The notes: generated by a model not told the origin, from the letters alone. Counted from the stretch's first letter, positions 13,601-27,997 are shown. The stretch: 64,000 nucleotides of DNA from Gordius albopunctatus (GCA_964276515.1 OZ193910.1:3224001-3288000), one strand, 5' to 3'. A program made the numbers and translations.

Positions 13601-16600
13601 AACCGAACCGTTAGCACCTGATTCGCACCCGTCTGCATTGTAATTAATTTCATTAATAGATAAACTTCTGTGAGACGAGCGATCGGATTCGATTATTTTC
13701 ATCTTTTATTAGGAATAATCCCAAATGAATTATTAATAAAAATTAATCGCGTCAAGAATTCGTTGAGTGAGATCATTAATAAGACCTACTACGATAACCG
13801 ATTTGTTATTGAGAAGAGTTAGTGTTGTCATCTAGTGAAAACCCTACGAGCATATGCCAATATTCAGTATAAAATTCGCAATTAAATCTTTTTGATTTAA
13901 CCTTTAAAAGTATTTGAAAAAAGTTGTGGTTTTTACAAAATTTGCGGAATTGATATGGTTTACAGCCAAAATTTTGTATTTGGTCTGACTTGAGAGTCAC
14001 TTCAAATTAATTATAATTAGAGTCCAAGCCAAAAATTAATGTAGAGTTACAACAACAACTAATAATTATAATAATAAAATTGGGATATAGTCTAATTAAA
14101 AAGCGAATTGGGGTGAAACTTTGCGAACCTAGAGGAAAGAAGATTTCTTTAAGGATTGGTTAATGGAGTTTGAAAAGAGGAAATTAGAAAAATATAAAAA
14201 CACATCTCAAAAATTTATGCGAAGCCTAACCTAAAGACTCGTGAAAGAAATTCAAAGTGTTTTTAAATTTTTTTCAAATAAAGATTTAAAAAATAGCCGT
14301 GCAAATAATTGAATGCTAATTTAACCAACCAAATCAAATGTACCCGTGTTTCTAAAAGGCACCTCTGTTCGTTCCAATCCCATAGAGAGATTATATGGTA
14401 TTCGGAATCGTCAGCAATAGCCAATATTTTACCTCCATCCTAGGCAATAAAAATATCAATTATTAAATTATTTTTATATTAATTTTAAGAAAAACCAATA
14501 TAATCCAATGCTTTTAATTCAAAAAAAACCGCATAAAACATAGCTTAAAGTATGAATATCAATGTAATAAAGCATTGTTCAACTTAGGTTTATAGGCAAG
14601 TGTTATTTTATACATATATAGGCAAGTTTCAATTTCTCAGTTTAAACTTCTTTATGATTTGTAAAAAGGTCTAAAGGCTTCACGAAATTGCCATATAACC
14701 CCCCCCCCCTTTTAAGTGTAAAAAAACTAAATTTATAAACTTTTATTAAAATGAAACTCGTATAAATTTACCTTTCTAGAAAATGCGAGGCAGGATATAG
14801 CTTTATCAAATGAGTCGCTTAAAATGGCCAAAGTTTCCAATGAAGACGAATCCCATATTCTCACATGAGTCTAAAACGATATTTGATTTTAAAAATTTCT
14901 TCAAGTCTATATTTTTGTTTAAATCGATAGAAGTTTATTTTCAAATAATTTTGTTTGTTATATGCAACACAAATTAATTATGTATTTTGAGATAAAAATT
15001 ATTGTTGCATGTAGGGCAGGTCAATCCTTAAAAAGTAAATGCGCTATAATATTTAAGCTTTATTTAAATATATCGATAATATATGTATTTAAAATGATAA
15101 AAATGTAATAGAAATTTGTAACGTTTATTAATCGCAAAATGATAGCAAATTATAGATTGAAAGATCGTTAAAAATTCTTTATTTTCAATTTAGGGGTTTA
15201 TATAATTTATAAAAATGTTTCTAAATAATGATATATTATTGTCAAAACCAAAATTTAAGAAATAGTAAAAAAAACGTAAGTGTTAATTTGTATTTTTTAA
15301 AAACATTTATCAACTTTGTAAAAATTTTGTTGAGACGAGGCATTATTGCTATCCGTTAAGGGTGGACCTTTTAGCCCCGTTATTTGACCGGTCGCTACGA
15401 TTCTTCCTTCGGGATGCAGCGCGATACTATTTAAAAATAAACGTAAATCCGAACTTTCTATTACATGCATAATTACCGAAAAATGTGAAAATAATTTATG
15501 GACCCTGGAGATTATGGTATAAAAAATCAATTTATTTATTTTCAAAAACTTTAGAAATGGTTATAATATCAAGTCTACATGGACGTAGCCAAGTAAGGGG
15601 CAGGGAAGGGCAGCTGCGCCCCTTTAAATCCAAAAATTAGATGAAATTTATTAAAATTATGGTTAAAATTTGGAAAAAATATCATTTTGCCCCTTTCTAA
15701 ATCATTATTGCCCTCTCTAATGCGAACGTTCGCTACGCCCATGAAAGTCTAAATTTGCTTTAAAGTTGTATAAACGAGAATAGAATAAGATGAAAATCTT
15801 CTTAAGCTATGTTAATCATAAACGATTGAATGGGAAATATGTCTTTTTAACGTTTTAACGCTAAGTCTTTATGCTTCGTGGCGTATTTTGGCAACTTTGG
15901 CCTTCATAATTTATAATACTTCTTGAACGGAAATTTAAAATTATGTATAATAAAAAAACTTAAATAAAAGTATCGTGGGCGCAGGCAGCATCGAAATTAG
16001 AGGGGGGGGCAAAATGATTTAGGGAGGGGCAATCTGATCATTTTTCGAACTTTTAGCTATAATTTCAAAGCAAATTTTAAAAAAATTTTGGAGTTAGAGG
16101 GGGGCAGCCACCCCTCCTTGCCCCCCCCCCGGCTAGGCCCATGATAAGTATACCATTTAATTTCATCGGTATGGCCAATGTAATGTCGTTGTGTCAGCTT
16201 TTCCAAGTCTAAGCAAACCGCTACAGCAGCGACAAAATAAACGCATTCGACCCCATTGCCCAACAAGTACAAATTAGAACGGGCCCTTTTCCCTTGGTAT
16301 CCATAAACCCAGTCCAATTTCAAATCAGCCGCTGGGGCAATGGGCGAGGAAGGTCCTTGAGGTATTGTAGATTCTATAAATTTATTTTATTTATTTATTT
16401 ATTTATAAAAATTAAGTTTCAATGTAGAAATTACCTTCGTCTTCGAAAAAGGTAGAGGGTGGATACAAGTTGAGCGCGCGACCCTTTAAACGCATCCTAA
16501 TAGAGTGATCCACTGGTACGATTTAAAAATACAATAATTACACGGTATTATAACATAAAATTTAGCAAATTAATATTTCGTCATTGAAATACAACATAAA

Positions 16601-19600
16601 ATTTTATTTATGAGCGGAAAGGTCATATACCAGGATCCCATCGAGGAATTGAGTCACCGTGCTTAATGCTAAATAAAGAAAATATATCAGTATAAACAAA
16701 ATTTTCCTGTTTGAAATGGGGTATTTTTAAAATGAATGAAAACCTCTGTAACCTCAATTATTTCTGTGATAACACTTCCAGGGTTTCTAACTCACACTGC
16801 TCATGTCATTCGTTTCATATGGCAAATAAATGTGTAACATCAAGTCCACCATTTTGAATTTTACTATATCCCGTGTCTTTCTGCAGTGTACCCGCCCCAT
16901 TGGTTAAAACAGAAAAAGTGAATTTACCTTGGTCAAGAGTTAATAAATGATTATATTTTATTTGTAAATAATATTTCAATTAAAATGCTCTTTTTAATGA
17001 TCAACTAGTTATTTTTTTATTAAGTTTTAAAAACACTTTAATTAACCAATAAAATTACTATAATTTATATGGCCTTCCCTTATTTGTGCATATTTTAAAA
17101 TGGCGGAAAGATGGTCCACTTATTCAATGTTGATGAGTTTATAGTTCCAGACTACTTGTCCCTTTTCACTGATTTAAGCCACAAAAATAACCTCTCAAAA
17201 CAACGTTAAATTTAATATAGGGTGGTTGATATATAGTCATATATCCAAACTACAATAAAATTAAAACGGAAAATAGTGAAAACTTGAGCTCGCTCTTTAA
17301 AAATTCGATGAATTTCTATTATAAGACAAATATTTATCGAATGTTCATGGCATTTACATTACTAACATTGCAACGCATAATAAAAATCGATCCGTATATC
17401 TAGCTTATGCCTAGAGAAAAGCACCAATAAAAAGCAGAGACCAGAGCCGGGCAACTGTCGTAAATTTTAACTTTCGGGCGGGCCCGGTCGGGCACCATAA
17501 AAAAATTCGGGCAATTCAGGCTCAATTTTGTTTTTAAAATAATGTAACTATTATATTGTTTTTGTGCATATTTTGCCACTTTTTTAAATTTATTTCATAA
17601 TGTTTGTTAATCCAGTTCTCATTTAAAACAAAAAAACAAAAATTAAGATAAAATTTAATTAAAAAATATAACGATATTAGTGCTAAAAATTTTAAAACAC
17701 ACCATTTCGGGCCGGGCAGCTGGAATAATTCGGGCTTTGCCGGGCGGACACATAGTAGAAGGGTTCGGGCGCGCAGATTAATCATAAAGGTTCGGACAGA
17801 AAAATTGTAACAAATCTGACCTCTGATAAAAAGGAGCGAACACATAGCCGAAGGGGACAAGAAGTGGCCATTGCACCCTATAACTCACCTTTATTCAAAA
17901 TTTTTCTTATATTTTAAAAAAACATTAAAAATTATTATTATCAAAATCCCCTCCAATTCAAATACATTGCTTGCGCTCGTGGAAAAAGTTTTACCTAGGT
18001 CTACTAGCGCGTTCCACATAAGCCGCTGGGGGTTTATCTAAATTTTGAGTCCTTGCTTTAGGACCATTTGCTGCCATAACCTTGTAGGAGGAGGATTGTT
18101 TCAAAGCCAGAGTCGGTGGGGCTACAACTTCTTCCTTTTTAGACTTTGCCCCTTCAATCGGCTTGCGGGAATTGGAAAATCTAGGTAAACAGCAATAAAA
18201 TACCCTAACTTTCTATATTTATTCTTTTTATTTGGTCTATATTTAAAGTTAAGTGCGCACATTGAAGGCCTGGGCTGAGGTTAAGTAAGACTAACGATCG
18301 ACTTGGTTTATTTTAGTCAACTAAAACCTGAAGCCGACCAAACAAACCCACCCATTTTTACAGCGCTGCTCAATACAATTAGAAGCTTTCTTATATTTAT
18401 TTCTTCTAGCTAATTTTTAAAAAATTTAATTTTCCTGCCAAGTTAAGGATTTATATCGAGGAAAAACAAGTTTTTTCACTCCTATTTTTAAGGTTAAAAG
18501 TCTAATTCATTAAAACGAGTAATTATAAAAATTTGCCTTTTAATATTGCCAACGTTTAAGGATTTTTCTGATACGCTTTGCGAAGATCTCCATTTTTTAA
18601 TTTGTTGGCCCGATGCTTGGGCTGTTGTTGAGGGATAAAGATTAGTGAAATTTCTGTAGTTTCTATCTTTCCTACTACTTTCTGTAGAAGCATTAGTTGG
18701 AGCTGGGGAGGTATCCCTAGATCTTAATCTCGAATTTGCACCATTCGTCTAAGGATGATATAAAAACAATTCCTTAAATATTTATTATTTTTTTTCAAAT
18801 TTTCCCGAAATTCATATATGTATTCGTATATAAAACTTTAAAAAATCAAAAAATATATTGAGTTACGCGGAGGGAATATAATTCAAAAATTTTGACGGAT
18901 AATTTGCTAAACCTTTACTGTGTATGTTTAAACTAAACTATTTAATATTTTTGGTGGTCGAGTCGAGTAGTTTAAAAATCATCGAAAAAATGTGAGATCG
19001 AATTCTGGGTACCAAAGTCGTATTAATTGCAATGCATTTATGGGTTCGCTTTTGGTTGTCCTGTCGATCCAACGTTTAATTTTTTAAATTGCTATGGAAA
19101 CTTATGCTTCGGTAAAAGACTTTTTCGCTTTCGCATAAAGACTAGTTTAAGACTGCTGGTTAGAATGCATAGCCAATGGGCCCCGCATTAATACGGAGTA
19201 TGGGCGAGTTTTGTAAGCGCAATATATTTTATAAAATTTATAGATCGTAATAAATGGTAGTTTATGTTTTACTTGAGATGCAATACGATTTCGAAAAGGG
19301 ACACCCTTCCTTCCACAGGGTGCTTGAGTCAAACTATCAACAGAAGTGCGCCTATTTAGTTCCGAAGTTTTGACACTTCGACTAGGCGCAACAGTTAAAA
19401 CCTCGGCGGGCTCCATCGAATTTTCAACCAGTTTTCTACCTTCTTCTTCCTCATTAATTTCCACTTTATTTTCCTTTGGTTTTTTATCTTCTTCCTCTGT
19501 CATCGATGTGAATCCTCGTTTAATTATTTTTTTAACTCTTATTATATATATTATAATTGCTATTATTGTGAATTTTAAAATTGTTAACTAAAACCGAGGT

Positions 19601-22600
19601 GGTATTATATCATATGTTTTTTTTAGTTATGTTTCAATTCTTTTGCTTTAAGACCCAACTCAGTGAAGATATTTTAATCCTCCAACTATCCTCGCCTTAT
19701 AAATATCATATTTTAGCATAATCTCATCTAAATACATTTTATCATTAAAATCATTCTAGTGATTTTTCCTTTATTCTCGAGATTACTTTCCATTGTATTT
19801 CCATCTTCCCCCTTTCCACTTTGCATTGTTTCGTTGGCCTCGCGCTCTCGTGAACTTTCCATCGCGTTTTGCTTCATTTTTTCTTCTTCGGGCTCTATAT
19901 TTTTCTCATTTTTTCCCAATTCTTCTCCATTTACATTGTCGGGAATGCTTTCGGTAGGTGGTGACGTGTGGTGAGGGTATGTGTACCCCGGACCAAAATA
20001 ACCAGCTCGACGCGGTGAAATTACTTCTTCTAAATATTATTTATCCAAAATTTTACACAAATTTCAAAATTTCATCTAAAACTGTTACTATAACTTATTT
20101 AGCCAATGATTTACTATACAATTTCACACTTTTTGTAATGTTAAATTCTTTTTTAACAACCTGCAAAAATTGGTGATTTTCTAAAACCATACTAATCTTC
20201 AAGCTCTAACAAAGATGAATACCTACATAACAATTCTAACCATTTATCTAAACTTGAACAATATTGTTTTGGCTAGAATAATACACAAGCAAGTATGAAT
20301 AATTTACAAATTATCAAGGTTAATGTTATTTTTTAAAAAAGTCAAACCTTCAGCTAAATCGCCTGGCTGTTGAGGAGAATTTTCAAGGTTAGGTTGTTTA
20401 ACTTTTGGCAAAGTTACGACTTGACTAGCAATTTGTTCTTCCAAATGTTTCACTTTCATTTCCAAAAAACGGATCATAACTAAACACGACATGTGCATAT
20501 CTCCATTTGATACTACATCTTGATTTTTAATCAAATTAATTGCCAGACTTGGATTAGAAAGGCTTTCTAGCCTATGGTCCCCGGTACTATTTAATATACC
20601 AGTTTCACTGGACTTTGATTTTTCATCCTCCTTTCCTAAATCTTTCAAGTTTTCGTCCATTTCAGCTTTATTTTCTCGCATTATAGTTTCTTCATCGGAA
20701 TTACCACGCATCTCTCCATCTTGGGTGCTATGAGATTTCAAAGATTGAGATTCATTTTGCGGCGCTCCAGCGGTCCCAGCGAGAAGGTCCATTAAAGGCG
20801 GTTCAGTGGCGCTCATATTCTCGTTTGCGTTAGTTTCATTGTTATCAATATCACCTTTTGAAGACTTATCGAGAGTGTCGTCATTAGGTTGAGATGACTG
20901 TGAAACTTTATTTCCGGTGTCATTTTCATTATTTGCCCCGTTTTGTGGTGTCTCTACATTTCTTTTCGATCGATTGCTTTCAGCGCTAATGTCACCCCTG
21001 TGAAAGCTTGATTCGTAGGGAATCGTTTCGTATTGCTTATTGTTATCGTCCCCAGTTTCGTTAACAATAGGTTTTCCATCGGTATTTTGTTCATTTTTGT
21101 CGCCTACATCAACTTTGCTATTATCTCCTGCCTTTAAATCTTCATTTTGCTGGCTACTTTCTTTGGGACTAGACACAAGTTTTAAATTTTCCTGGGAATT
21201 TTCGGTAGATAATTCTTTGAAACCTTTGGATGATTTTCTCTTCTTTGCTATCTGACCACCTCCATTTATAGTAGACTCCGTCTGTTTTTTGGCTTGATCC
21301 CGAGTTATTTCCTCATTGCCATTTGCACTAATATTGGATTTCGCTTCGTCCATGGAATTATCTTCCATATCTGCCGACTTCATCTCACCTACTGAATCCC
21401 CATTTTTAAATCTAACTCGGTCTTTTAAATCCTTGGATTCTTCTTGTACAGGCAAGTCTTGTGCTTTAGATGATTTTTCTTCGTCGTTCTTTCCCCCGTC
21501 TTCTAAACTTTCACTCGGGCCATTAGAACCTTTAGACATTTTCCTGGTTTTTGCAATTTTATCGTCGGCTAGATTTTCACTTTCAACTTGCTGTGGTTGG
21601 TGATTTCCTTGTGTATATGTCATGGCATTAAAAGACCTATCAGAACTTTTCCTAGCTTTTATCTCATCTTCGGCTGACCTTTGAGTTTCTGGCCCATCTT
21701 CTCGCTGATTTTTATCTTTATTTGCTTTAGCGTAATAACCTTTGGCAGAGTCCAGAGCTTGGTTTATAATATTATTCGAAACGTGGGTTGAAACTTGTGA
21801 CACTTTAACACCCCCCTCTCCGTTGCTTTGCGAAGCGCTTTGCCGTATAACATTTCCGAAAGATCGTGCGAAATCTGCGGTACTGGGTTGCCCCCTGGGC
21901 CCCGTTTGACTTCCAGTGCTCCCACGTCCAACATTTTGATCGACAGGACCTTGGTACCAGGATCCGGCTGAATAGCGATAAGGATCAACTAAGGCCGAAT
22001 CGACTGGATAATCCAGATTGGTGGGTGGGAAGCGAAGCAAATTTCCCAAAATGGGCTTTATTGAATCCTCAGAATCCATTCGGTCAAATTCGTTATTTTC
22101 CGTAGAACTCCGATTTTCACGATTCGTTTTGGGTATAGGAATACTACACAAAATAATGAGAAATACAGTTAAGTTTTTAAATTATAAATTCTTTTTAATT
22201 TCTATTAAACGGGGCGAATTGATGAACTATTGATAAAATTAAAAACTGTTTGCCAGAAACAGAAAATTTCACATTTTTATATTTTCATCGTTGAAAGTTT
22301 TTACAAATCAGGGCGCTAGACGACTAAAACATTAAATTTAAATATCAGAAATACATGGACATAGCTTAATTTTGAAATAGAAAGGAGGGGGGGGGGCAAA
22401 ATGTTCACCAATAATTTGTAAAAATAATGACTCAAATTAAAAGAGGTGCATTTGCCCCTGCATGTCTCCCCCTGGCTACGCCCAGGCATCAAATTAGCCA
22501 ACAAAAATAAACAAAAGACTACAAAACTAATTTTTCCCCTAAATAAAAATTTTAGTTAATCCTAACTTGTTATCCAAATTTCCGTTATTTTTAGGTATAA

Positions 22601-23671
22601 TCGGGGCGTAAAAAATCTTTTTGTCCCTATGATCATCCTCAATTGAACGATCTAAAGTGCTTTGGTCGCGAGTCACTTGTTCGCTGCCCGAGCCACCATC
22701 ACCATTAGTTTCCGAGGCAGCAGCAGCGAATCGTGAAAATGCGGTTTTAGTTGACGAGGGACAAAGTGGTTTTAACGCGGCCTCTTCTTCTACTTTGGCA
22801 TGGTCGCCTAGGTCCGAAACAGTTTTATTGCCGACATTTTCAACTTTATGCTCATTTGGCGTGATTGTAAGGCTAGGGGGTAAATCTAAAAATTATAAGT
22901 TAACATTCCCGTTTAAATACAGAACCCAAGAAATATCTAGAAATCTTTTTGCAATCGGGTTAGAGTCTACAATTACGTTTTTTCAAAATATTAATTTTAT
23001 CAATAGAGCTGTAGTTAATAAATCAAACCTACTTCCGAGGTTATATATATACTTAATCAAAAAAAAATAAATTTTATTGCTATTGAAAGCAATTATGAAG
23101 ATACTTTAGAGAATAGCATCAGGTACCTTTTATGAGTCTTAAAATATTATAAACTAAACATTCTACCTCATTTTAAAATATAAAAGTTTTCATTTTTAAA
23201 ACTTCAATAAGGTTGTATGCTCATTCTGTTTGTTAGCCTTATCTTAGTTTTTACTAAAAAAAATTGCTAAATTAATTTCGGTAAAAGTAATTAGTTATAA
23301 ATAGAAAAAAAATATTTTAATTGCTTATAAATTATTTATGTATATTTCATGAATAATGGATTCTATTAAGTTTCTTGAGAATTTAAAAGTATCCGAACAT
23401 TAAAATGATTTAGATATATTAAGCCAGTAATAATGATTATAAACCTAAAGATTAAAAAAAAATTTAATGACGAAAAACGAATTAAATAATAAAATATAAT
23501 AATAAAACATATTATTTAAAAATAATAATTAATTTACAAGTCAAAAATACTTGAATTTAGTATAGTAACGTCGTCTAAATTGTCTCGGTCTTTAGTTGAT
23601 TGAGAAGCTTTTTCTGTTTGGGAAATCGTAGATTCGTATTCATGAAAATCTGGAGGGGTCACTTCTCCCAT
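7679..23671 (-). CDS. EML: Echinoderm microtubule-associated protein-like (EML/EMAP family; HELP motif + WD40 TAPE domain), 24 exons, ~1769 aa
   Basis: Phase-consistent exons in transcription order: 23538-23671, 22567-22872, 20348-22143, 19787-20029, 19273-19496, 18537-18748, 17995-18180, 16631-16668, 16435-16512, 16154-16373, 15315-15426, 14772-14870, 14344-14439, 13508-13632, 12292-12367, 12100-12199, 11762-11973, 11313-11441, 10556-10687, 9812-9971, 9314-9411, 8591-8819, 7956-8128, 7679-7810 (5310 nt). HELP-like motif IRMRLKGRALNLYPP...LKLDWVYGYQG. EML hallmarks: GHTDEIKCIALHP, LTGDSNG, LAVGSHD, GHSAKITHLDWS, DYELLFW, GIWSPGYDGTDINAC, TGDDF, GHGSHVTNVQF, SAGGKDCSVMQW. The C-terminal 16 exons are very secure; boundaries of the N-terminal exons and the start codon are less so. 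Confidence 0.92.
9583..9763. mobile_element. CATGGGCGTAGCC-family MITE with an internal 23-bp tandem duplication
   Basis: Perfect TSD AAATCAAG; AAATTTTAGTCATAATTTTGTAA occurs twice in tandem. Confidence 0.85.
10191..10230 (-). mobile_element. Helitron 3' terminus (same family as 38199) in an EML intron
   Basis: CTAGCTGAGCCCGGCCAAGCTTTGCTTTGTGGCTCAGTC closely matches CTAGCTGTGCCCGGTCAAGCGTTGCTTCGGCTCAGTC at 38199. Confidence 0.6.
12440..12747 (+). mobile_element. RTE-clade LINE 3' fragment in an EML intron
   Basis: ENRVRWYGHIRRR...VNRKVL plus a frameshifted GKRGRGRP-like motif. Near-identical to 32962-33270 (ATTAGTCAAGACATGGCACTCACCCG). GAA-rich tail; preceded by a short (GTAT)n. Confidence 0.85.
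12962..13095. mobile_element. CATGGGCGTAGCC-family MITE (left end deleted)
   Basis: TSD CAGACTAC; right TIR CTGGGTACGCCCATG. Confidence 0.8.
15578..15743. mobile_element. CATGGGCGTAGCC-family MITE
   Basis: Ends CATGGACGTAGC and GCTACGCCCATG; TSD CAAGTCTA/AAAGTCTA. Confidence 0.85.
15974..16143. mobile_element. CATGGGCGTAGCC-family MITE beside an EML splice donor
   Basis: TSD AAAAGTAT/ATAAGTAT. Confidence 0.85.
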
Positions 23672-24769
23672 ATTAGTTTCAATCTTTCCATCTAATTCCC
23701 GTATTAAAAACCTTCATTATGTTTATTTTTCTTGAATTTGGCTATTCATCATCATCATCATTATTATTAAAGAACCTAAGAAATCAAGGGCGAAAGTTGA
23801 ATTGTATAGACTTAATAAGGCATCGATGGAAGAACTAAATCAATCGAAATCGAGATTATAAACGACGGTTATATGATGCACAATTTTTCCCGCAAAATTT
23901 TCTGTTTCACGCGCGATTTTACCAGAGCATAATAAAAGGGCGAATGAGATCTTTACATTATTTAGACCGATCGAGGGAACAGGTAGAGAGGCAAATGATA
24001 CGGCATCCACCACAAGGTTATGGGAGGAGGGACTAAGGGAGAATTGGGAAAAATCCATTAATCCAAGCTGGCGCGACAAAAAGGGAAAAGCAGCACAAAG
24101 GCTACAAGCTAAGCAAATGGTTCGGCTAAGTGGCCAAAATTTTCTTGCGCTATATAGCGAAGGAGTGGACTGTGGAGCACAGAAATCCTTGAAAATTCTC
24201 CATTAAGACTACTTTCAAATTACTCTTTTCTCTCCCATTTTTATCGGTTTAAATCAAGGCCCCCCCCCAACTCCTGCCCGGCTAACACACTTGAAGGAGA
24301 AAACTTTACAAGTTTAAAGTTATCCCTGCTTAAGTATTACCTTTGATCTCTACTATCATGTCAATAATAATTAATAGTGATGGGCAAATGTCCACCCCTT
24401 TTTTGAATTTTGAATTTTTTTTCCCCACAGATTTTACAAAAAGATGGGTTCAAATATAGATTTACAAAAAGATTTTGTCGTAGAACTGAACATGATTGGC
24501 GTTACCAGTATCGGAATTAGAGGAGGGCAATGATGAATTAGGGGGGGGAGCCAAATGTTATTGGAATGGCTCTCTTTCATTAATTTAAATTCATTTCTGC
24601 CAACCGATGACGTCCCTGTATGGCATAACTACTACTATGTGTATGATGTGTGTATTTTACGTTATCACATTTATTATTAATAAAATTATATTAAATTACT
24701 TTTTAACCGCGAAATATTTTCGAATTCTGGGAAATCGATCGATACTGCTATCGCAACTATATTTCAAGG

Positions 24770-24917
24770 CATGGGCCTAGCCAAGACCGCCCCCTCTAAA
24801 TCCTATTTTCGTTGAAATCTATTAAAATTATGGGGCTAAATTTTGCAAAAATTATCATTTTGCCCCTGCCTAAATCATTATTGCCCACCTCTAACGACAA
24901 TCTTGGCTACGCTCATG
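24770..24917. mobile_element. CATGGGCGTAGCC-family MITE
   Basis: Perfect TSD TTTCAAGG. Confidence 0.85.
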
Positions 24918-25648
24918 TTTCAAGGTAAATCAATAGATGAATAAAAGTCCAATACTATCGATTATTTTTGATCAATGCCAATAGGATGATTTTGTAGATC
25001 ACTATCGGATCAAGAGATAAACAAAAAAACAATGCCCCGTTCATCAGGTTTCGTCAATTAAAACCTTTATTAAAAATCGATATATAAAGTTTATAAAGTA
25101 TACATATTTTAATATGAAGAAGACTTAGGTAGAAAATATCCGTGTAAATCATATAAAATGGGTATATTGACAAAAAACTTAAAGTTTAATAAATATTTTG
25201 AAAAAGAAAATGCTGTAATATAAAATAATTAAATTAGGGAAAAAATTGGGAAATAGCTAATAAAGGTGAGATTATACAAGGTCACCACCTATATAACTTA
25301 ATTTACAGGCACCTATAACCCATTAATCAATATTGGAGTTTTGCCATTCGTACCATTTACCAATTACCTTGGAAAATTGCAGAGTTTTTGTTTACAAAAA
25401 AACTGTATAAAATTAATAAATTACATAAAATTATACCACAAACTTAGGCAAATTTTATGTTAAAAAAATAGAAAAACTATACAAGGGGATACATTATATT
25501 AATGGAAATGTGAGTTTTTCACTTTTTTATTGTTGTTCATTCCGAATTATCGCAATTTTAAAATTACTAATTTTAAAATATTTAATATGATGGGTATAAA
25601 GTTTGGATGATTAATCAATAAATATTAAATATGGGGGTAGGTTCAGGA

Positions 25649-26425
25649 TGGAACCCTGCAAAGTCACTTTTTTCAACCCGAACCCGACCCGGAAGTAAAA
25701 AAGTGATTGGTGTAAAATTGATTTTGATGTTTTTAAATTGCAACAAATGTTATCTCCCGAAAAAACAACAGCAGATCTAACAACATGTAGATACTAATTT
25801 AGAAAAGTTTTTAGTACATTTCACGCAAAGAAGCCATTTATCTTCAGTGGGTATCATATAAAAAAATGCAGATATTTTTAAACTTTTGCGCTAATGAGTC
25901 TTTTTTCAAGCAATTTTGATTTTACGGATAGTAGTAATGGTTGTGGCAAAATTTGATCAAGTTTGTAAAATAATGTTTTTTATGCATTTTAATGATGCGG
26001 TTAATAAATAGTCATGATAATTTTATTTCATTCTAGGGTATATGTTGTTAGGCGGTAAAACAAGGTGAGACATTAATATTTAAACGAGAAAAATGGGAGT
26101 TCAGAGAATCGTTAATAAATTTTGTGATATCAATTATATGCTTATAATACTTTATAGCATTCTAAATAGCGCAAATGCAAAATTTAGAGATAACTTGAAA
26201 GAAATTAATTTGATTGAATGCATGAGATATATTGATCATACATTTCGAAATTAATTATATAAAATATTATATATAACGACGACATCAATTTAAAAGATGT
26301 GTCTATTATGCAATATAAAATTTATAACCTTTAACCCGACCCCGTAAGAGTTTAAAATTTTTCAACTCGAAACTACCCCTATGTTGAGTTTGGATCGGGT
26401 TTCGGATCACCCGTGCAGGGCTCTA
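25649..26425. mobile_element. Older copy of the ACCCG-type non-autonomous hAT family
   Basis: Ends ...CCCTGCAAAGTCACTTTT and CACCCGTGCAGGGCTCTA match the 49430 element. Degenerate TSD GTTCAGGA/GTTCAAGG. Confidence 0.75.
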
Positions 26426-27997
26426 GTTCAAGGCTCTTCTCAACTAGATGGGCATATGATATAAGTAAAAATAAAGTTGAAAAGCAGATATTTCATGGGT
26501 GTAGTAATCTTGATAATTTTTTCCACGTGATGTATTTCAAATTGTCTTTAAATTGAATCAACTGGTTTTAGCATTTCAATTTAAGTCATATAAAACTTAT
26601 CATTAGGATTAGCAAAGGGTGCATTGAAAGACAACTCTTGCCACCCTACTCGCCCCCCCCCCCCCCATTTTGAAATTTTGCTTTTAAAATAATTGTGAGT
26701 TAAGAGTTAGAGATTATTATTTATCTTTCACAATGTCCACATCTTTAGCCCATTCTTTTAAATAATGCTCAAACCAATTTAGTGTCATAAATGTGTTTGG
26801 GCATTTAAAAATTATCTAATTGAGTTAAAACAGGAATTAATGCAAAATCTGAGTTGGCTGCTAATCAAAGGATTGGGTTTATCTCAAAAGTTAAATAACA
26901 AAAGCCATCAAATTTAAATCCAATGTTGTTATACAATTTAATTAATTGCTATGCAATTGATTTTTATTAATCATTAATTTTATTCCAATGTATATATTGA
27001 AAAATAAGCTACTTAAGGTTATAGCATCTTTTTTATTATATATTAAATACATTGATAGGAGACCAATTATAAATTATATAAAAATTAAAAACATAGCCTT
27101 AACCAAGATATAAATTAAAGGGGGAGGAATGCAATAATTTTTAAAAATTGCAATTTCTAATAACTATATAATTATTATCATATTAATAGATAAGGGAGCA
27201 GCTATCTTATGTGTCCTAACCCCTCCTATATTATAAAAAAAGAATGTCAAGATATATACAGGTCTATCAAAGATAACAATTCAATTAAATTTAGATAAAG
27301 CAAAATTTATTTTCCTTCAAGTTCTTATGATAGGTTTAGAAGCCAATATATAAAAAAATTAAAATTATATATTTAAATAGCAATATACTTTTAAAAATTG
27401 TATTCCAGATCAACTCAGGTGTTTTGAAATGTTTATCGCCGTAAGGTTACATATTACATTTAAAATTTTGAGTTCATAAGCTCCATGCCATGTAACTCGA
27501 CTCATAAGGTAAAGCCAATATGAGGTTGTCAATAAAACAAATATAATGAAACTTCAATTCAAATCTTAATCAAAAGCAGATTTTAAGCTCATCTTAGACT
27601 TTTAACTTAAACCAACCATAAACTTGCATTTACCACAAATCGTGGTTAGTCGGCGAAACATATAAAAGAGCTATGACTAGTTGAATATTTATGAGCCGAG
27701 GAAATTATTCTGAAGTTGTGAGCGGTCCATCTTTTCAGGTATATAAATAACAGTCACAGCAGAGCCTATAAAAGTTGTGTAAAGTTTCTTTCCTTAACTA
27801 TGTCTATCAAGAAAATGAGGTGAATCAGCATGGTTGGGGTATAATTAATTCTGTTGCTCCTTATCCGCAATATATAGTTATTAATCAGGCGCGTAGCTTT
27901 TTAAAGGTAGTGGGAATCGGGAATTGTCAAACCTTTTAATAATTTGTGTATAATATTATAATATAGATGAAAGACGATAAAACTACGGCCTGTTCGG

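Noticed and set aside
21040..23070. Plus-strand ORFs at 21040, 21316, 21866, 22018 and 22657 (also 19346, 19759, 11808)
   Set aside because: Antisense shadows of EML coding exons.
23790..24330. GC-richer block upstream of the first EML coding exon
   Set aside because: Probably a decayed retroelement, but no frame gave a motif I could recognise.
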